From assembly GCA_964016885.1 (NCBI GenBank), contig OZ024740.1:273792001-273856000 (forward strand): DNA of 64,000 bases, read 5' to 3'. Numbering within the stretch: position 1 is the first letter of the stretch; the number at the start of each line of letters is the position of its first letter. The translations under genes and the position numbers were made by a program. A model generated the notes under the pieces. That model made no database searches. It saw only the letters and a program-made list of their open reading frames with translations, and was not told the DNA's origin. Source of the DNA: Eledone cirrhosa (lineage: Eukaryota). Shown in pieces: positions 57,058 to 64,000 of the stretch.

Positions 57058-58022
57058 CAGTCATCGTCCATTGTGCTATTCTATCTCAAGCTTTTTTTTT
57101 TCTTCTCTTCTACTTCCTCCTCCTATCCTTACAATCTTATAAAAGTGATAGAGATTATATGCTTGTTCCTTCATGGTAGACCTATGGCAACAAGAATGCT
57201 ACTATCATTAGCAAACATATGACCACTCCGGATACCATCAAAGTTGGTTCTTGTGGTCACTCGATCTACTAGAAATAGCAACCAAATAGTATACCCACAA
57301 CCAAATAGCAACCAAATAGTATACCCACAACTCGTAAGATTTTAGAGATGACCTGAAGTTAAGCTACAATAACAACATAACAATTATGAATATCAACTAA
57401 CTTTTCAACAGTACCAGTTAAGTAGGGAAGTACAATTTAATATTCCTATAAAGGTATGAATTGTCCTAATAGAAGACTAAGACTCTACTAGTTAAGTATT
57501 GTGAGTTGATTGAGTATTTAGTGCATTAAAGAGACTGTTTTGCAATATTTGTTCTTGCTGACTATACTCTGATTTTAAATCTTGTTAAGTCAACTTCACA
57601 TTTAATTACTTACAAGATTGATAAAGTACTTGGAAATACTTTAAATATGTAACTGGAAGCAATTCCTCTCTCTATTTCTGTATGTTTATGACTCTCCATC
57701 TCTCTATCTTTTATTCCCTCTCTATCTCTCCTGGAATTGGTTATGATCTGCTGGGAGAAGCATCTTAAGAGAACTCTCACCTCATCCTTTTCTACAAAAT
57801 TGGAGAATGTTCAAACAAGGAGCTAGCAGCCTTGTATAGCAAAACAAATTATATGTGACGAAAATCACCCAAAGATGGACCAATGTGCATGGAACATAAA
57901 TTAAGAAGATAAAACATTCTAACTGCAAATATAATTATAATAGATAACTATAAGTATTTGGTCAAATGTGTTGCATCTGGGTTGAAAACCAAACTGTGCA
58001 TCAGCTACCATAGACTCAACAA

Positions 58023-58194
58023 TTAGCCCGGGATGTTAAAAGCCTTAAATAGAGAAGGTAATCTCTGACTGACACATGTATGCTGGGTGGCCTGAATCTC
58101 TGGAAATGCATTTCCAGAGATTCAGGCCACCCAGCATACATAAGTCAGTCAGAGATTACCTTCTCTATTTAAGGCTTTTAACATCCCGGGCTAA
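58023..58194. repeat. 172-bp spacerless palindrome
   Basis: 86-bp arms centred on ATG|CAT (58108/58109), 2 mismatches. Confidence 0.97.
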
Positions 58195-58199
58195 ATTTA

Positions 58200-58790
58200 A
58201 TACTCAAAAAGTCATATAACGGCATTTCCTGGTTCCTGCTGTGAAAGATTGTGCAGGAGTATGGGATTCATGATCAGCTTGTTGTTGCCTTGATGTCTTT
58301 ATATGAATGCCCCTGTATTTGTGTTTGGATAAATGGAGCTAAATCAAAATCATTTAATGTAGTAGGTGGACTCTTCCAACTCCTAGATTAAATGATTTTG
58401 AGAATTTGGCCTCTGCATACTGAAACCTCTCCTATACATTATCTTCATGAACAGGATTGAGATGCACAGCCAGGTTGGAAGTGGTATCAGGACTTGCAGG
58501 ATTTAGATCAGTCAGCTGTAATTTGCAGACAACAGAGTACTGTTTAACTTATCAGATAGTGATATCCCACATGCACTTGATGCCGAGTGCTGCATGGCTG
58601 GAATGAAAATCATTTCTGTGAAGACTAAGACACCTATCCTCTCTAGGAGGCCTATGTAGTGAGTACACTCTACATGTGAATGGAGTGTTCCACTGAAGCA
58701 GATGGAGAAGTTAAAGTATCTCAGGGCTGTGTTCGTGGGTGAAGGAAGGCTAGAGGCTGAATTAAATGCAAGGATTCAGGAAGTAATTGC
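58200..58790 (+). mobile_element. Old RTE (Expander-like) RT fragment
   Basis: Remnants VQEYG..LLLP/ALMSLYECP..WINGAKSKSFNV, AGMKI..KT, LKQMEKLKYL. Confidence 0.6.
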
Positions 58791-61039
58791 TGGACAGATC
58801 TTACAGGCAAAATCAACCAGCATAAGAAAGTGTTTGAAGACTTTTCCCCCAAAACCCTTGCAGGATTGAGTGGGGAAATTGAAGAAGAAGAACTATAAGT
58901 ATGGACGCCATAACAACATATTTGATGGAACAGAAAATATCCCAAAACAATGCACACTGTACATGGAACCTGATCAGTGAGATATGTTATAAATAGCAGT
59001 AAAATCTTTCATAAATGGCACCATACTCTTCTAAAATGTATGAGCATACATTGAATAATGTACTCCTAAATTTTGTTTGAAGAAAACAAAACAAAAGGAT
59101 TGAAGAATTTTCCTGAGTAGAAATTTAACAACCACAACTGTAGCTAAAAGCAATAATTACAACAAAAATAATAACAATTGTAATTCCTTGCAACCTGTTT
59201 CACCAGTTATCATAGATAACTCATTATGATAATACTAACAATAACAACTGGTAGGGTATAAGCAATTGTGATGACTTGTGAAACTCATTTACTAGAAGCT
59301 ACGTGAATCAAAATAACAAATCCCCCTGATTACTAGCGTGAAGAAATTTGTAATTATTCTAGAAATTGACTGGCCCATACAGGGACTAGATTAATTATTG
59401 TATTATAATAGGAAGATAGATTAGCCTGTAGCAATATCCTTCCTGGTAATAGAGGCAGTCATTCATGAGGATTAACAATCTTTGTTGGATTCTGCCATGT
59501 TATATTGTTACTCACAGTTTACAAGAAATAAAATTGTCAGATAATGTATCTTTGAATTGAATAACATTGACAATGCAACATGTTATATAAGGGATTCAAC
59601 ATGTGATGACATTAACAACAGCTGTGACAGTAAGATATATGGCAATGATATAACAGTTGCCATTACAATAGACATAACAACTATAATAGTTATAAGATAT
59701 CAAGTAGGAACATTCTAAAATGTTATTCCTTCTACAAGAAATAAATATTTGTTTCAAATGACACAGTCTTATCTTTAGAAAGGCTGAGCATAAAGAGTAA
59801 AATAATCTTTGATACACTAAACAAACCTGAAAAATTAAAAACAGTATTTTCAAGGCTAGAACACATTTGATCATAGATCTATCTGACTGGTCTTGATCTG
59901 GAGCTGTCTTATACTAAGATTGGAAAATAGTTTCTTTGAGCCAAGTAACTAGCTGTTTATTCATATAATAGATGCAATAATGACATATTCAAAACACACT
60001 CAGCAAGATAGTATCAAATTAATCACAAAAATTCTAATATATTTTCATTATTTGTGTTGGTAAAGTGTGACATGAGGAAGATTTTGTTACTGTTTCTAGC
60101 AATTCAAAGACCTGCTTCTCAGCTTGCATTGTTTATATCTATCTATTGTTGTCATTTGTCATCAATTCAACCCTGACCAAGTAGGATATGTGCTTACTTT
60201 AGTAAATATTATTGTTTCCAGAATATTGTGGAGCCTTGTCTGGACCAGGACAATATGAAACTACCAGTTATTTTCTTTTATTTGAAAATTATTCAGCCAT
60301 TACATTTTTGCAGATCGTGGGTGACACATAGAAATTGCCATCTTGTGGGTTGGTATTTGATTAATTTTAGATCTTTAGTACATTAGGCTGTCACATAAAT
60401 CTGCCAGTGTGTCATGACTTGACCTGCTAGATATAGAAATCAAATCTCCCTCAAAATATACACTACAAAATTGAAAAGTATGGTATATATTGCATAAACT
60501 AGTCCTAGATACCCACTACACCCAAATATTATGGACAAAGAGGTGGGGTTCATAGTTAAAAAGCATTTGAGCAAAGATAGGTCAGCTGAATCAGGGCTAA
60601 CCTGGGGCTAAACACCATCTGCAGTAACAGCAACAGAATTTACAAAATAGTTTTTTGCTGAAATATTGGATATATCCTGCAGAAATGGAAATAACAGTAA
60701 TGAAAATAAAGGGAGAAATACACCTCTAAAACATCTCTCCAACAACTCTGAGCAAGGTGAAAGAAGGCAAGTAGAAAAAATATAAATGGAAAACAGGCAG
60801 ACAACAGTGAAGTTGTGTGAGCGTGTGTGTCAAAATATACATATGTGCAATTATATGTATGTGTGTTTGTATGTATGCACATCTCTATAAATGAAATCAT
60901 GTATATATATGTGTCTGTACCTACACCCACACAAATACACACAAACACACACACACACATACACACACATACACACACACACACATATATATAGGCAGTT
61001 CAGTTGTATATATATATGTGTATATAGGCAGTTCAGTTA

Positions 61040-61560
<521 letters not shown>

Positions 61561-62654
61561 GACATACACACATACACACAAACATATTTATATGTATGCA
61601 CATTTATATAAATGCATACACACATATACGTACATTCATATAATTTCTGTTCCAAATCTATAACTTTATTTGAAGAAGGTTACAGATTTGCAGTCACTTA
61701 TGCTGGCAAATAATGTTTTGGCATAGCATAAACAAAAATAATAATAACGATAATAAAATGGCAAAAACAACATGACGAGAAAAATGCAGTAACAACAACA
61801 AAGCAAGGAACAACAAAATTACAAAAAAATAATAAAATAAATATCCAAAGGCCATACATCCTGAAGCTTTCACTACACTAGTTGGCTTTGAAATATCCTT
61901 CTGGAACTCAGTAATGTCTTGTAGTAGTGCCAATTGGTTCTATCAACAATACTACCCGATGTTTAAAGCTAATACACATCAGCAAACCCGTTTGGCAAAC
62001 ATCAGCTCTATCTATTTAACTGTCTATCTGTCTATCTTATCTATCTATATAGCTAGCCAGAGCTGTCTTTGTCTGTTTAACCATCAGTATGTCCCTTTGT
62101 CCAACTATCTCTTAACACATTTATGGTGCTCCCACATACATGTGCTTAAACATAGATTCTTATCATGTCTATGTTAAATATATATATGTCTGTGTGGTTA
62201 AACATGCATAAAAATATTAATGAACACACACACATATATATATGCATATATATATATACATATGTGGCTATATGGTGGTATGCTAGCATGGCCATAGCCT
62301 ATAAGGTAGAACAGGTTAAATAGTGAGCATGTATCACTGTGTTTTGTAAATGAATATTGCAGTTGTTTGATGAACTGAACTGCCTACTTATTGAATTATA
62401 TTGTAAATTGAGGCAAGTATTCCACAGATACTTATTCCCTTAAAGAATCCTCAGGCAAAATATGTACCTGGAGATTCAATAAAGAAAGAACATTTCTATG
62501 TGTAAAGTTGTGTATGTATATGTGTATGGACATGTGCTTGTAGCAAGATTTATTGAACAGATTTTGCAATCACTCCAGTTAAAACACTGGCAATTTAACC
62601 CTTTTAAAGCAAACTTGTCTGAGATTTGTTCTGGACTTAACAACTGCTTAAACA

Positions 62655-62950
62655 TCATCATCATCATCACCATTTAACGTCCATTCTTTCCATGCTAACA
62701 TGTGTTAGACTAGTTTTCTCGTTGTGAGATAAGACAGGTCAGATGATCATGTCTTGCTCATACAGAACTGATTTTGGCTTGGTTTCTATGACAATGCCCT
62801 TCCAATCATATTTACAGTGTGTACTGCCAGCTTTTTTTACAGTGTGGGTTGTGTGCTTTTTTGTTCATGAAACCTACATGACTACTTTATAGTTTGGTTT
62901 GGATGCTTTTTGTCGTGAAACCTACATGACCACTTTACAGTGTGAACTGG
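62655..62950 (-). mobile_element. RTE-type 3' tail/SINE remnant
   Basis: (cat)n-ttaacgtcc..tttccatgct and repeated tttacagtgtg / gtcgtgaaacctaca motifs as in 54020-54279. Confidence 0.65.
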
Positions 62951-63859
62951 GTTAATAAATCCCTTCAAATTTTTAATAATTTCAAAAATGTCTGAAATAT
63001 AATTAGTATAGTTTATATGAATATATAAAATATGTAGTAAAGATGGTTTCGGAAAGCCGGCACAACTTGAATTGGAAATATAAGAGTGTAAATTATAATA
63101 AAGTATGAAAAAATATAACCAAACATAAGTTTTAAACTTTTACTCCATAATTCATATATATATATCGAGCATAGAACTCTTGTTTTTTAAAGGTAAAGGA
63201 TTAATGTGTGGTGTTGTGATTAGATATCCTCTGCTGAAATAGACATCGGTTGGATGGTAGGTGACATACACAAACTGGCATAGTCACAATAGCTAATTGG
63301 CTCCATATAAGTCAATCCTCTTATTTGTAGTGAGCTTAATCCTGTTGATAAGAAATACTTCTTTGATATGTAAATTTCAGATGATTCTCTGTTTTCTATG
63401 GTGAATTTAACGTCACAGGTGTGACATTTTTGCAGATATTTTTCTGTGTCATTTTATTTATTTGTGCAATTTCTGAAGTGCCCTTACTGTATACAAGCCA
63501 CCACATTTGCTGAAGTGTGTTTGTGAGTGACAAAGGACAATTGGTCAATTGTTCATTCTCTGGATTCAGCATAGAATGTTTCTATCTCATTAATAAGACA
63601 GGTGTTCTGAAGTTTAAATGCAGGTGTCTTCTCTGCCATTCTTGTTTGATACAATTATTAGTAGTATATTCCACCATTTGTAATGCTCATTCATTTTTCT
63701 CTAATCCCATTACTATTTCATAACAACATAATAAGTTTCCCTTTTATATGAAACATCATATGGGATACGCCTTGTAAAATATTATCTAAAACCGGAAAAA
63801 TACAAAATTAAAGCCTTCAAATTGTTATTGCTACACATAAAATCATCTTAGAATATTTC

Positions 63860-64000
63860 CCAGAAAAAGAGCAATTGCCCAATTGGTTTAATATTGAGTA
63901 TGTGATCGATTGTCAGCTTCTTGCTGCCTTGATGTCTCTTTACAAATGCCCAAGTATTTGTTTTCAAATAAATAGTACTAAATCGAAGCTATTCAATGTG
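63860..64000 (+). mobile_element. Old RTE RT fragment running off the window edge
   Basis: Similar to 58255-58340 (cagctt.ttg.tgccttgatgtct.t.ta..aatgccc). Confidence 0.55.

Noticed and set aside
57272-57331. 30-bp tandem duplication
   Set aside because: Ordinary slippage duplication, only two units
61855-61945. Possible minus-strand exon (NQLALLQDITEFQKDISKPTSVVKASG)
   Set aside because: Weak acceptor and no recognisable homology

Overview
AT-rich, repeat-dense eukaryotic DNA, most likely intronic or intergenic. The SINE and LINE content points to an octopod cephalopod (inferred, not confirmed). No intact host gene was recognised, and the long IY/YI ORFs are artefacts of (TA)n microsatellites. 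The window holds decayed non-LTR retrotransposons of four types: an R4/Dong-like RLE element in (TAA)n, a near full-length Tx1/L1-like element plus fragments, RTE copies with a PHD-like finger, and a CR1-like fragment. It also holds at least three tRNA-derived SINE families and small Tc1/mariner, hAT and piggyBac-like MITEs. The most notable signal is a set of non-coding elements between about 24 and 44.5 kb, most of them fold-back (palindromic), that sit in or next to (TA)n tracts and carry type I hammerhead ribozyme motifs. One motif is apparently intact and present in both arms (42559-42623 minus, 42972-43036 plus), and several elements share a 3' tail motif. They resemble Penelope-like pLTR or retrozyme-type non-autonomous elements. 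No partner RT/GIY-YIG ORF was seen in the window.
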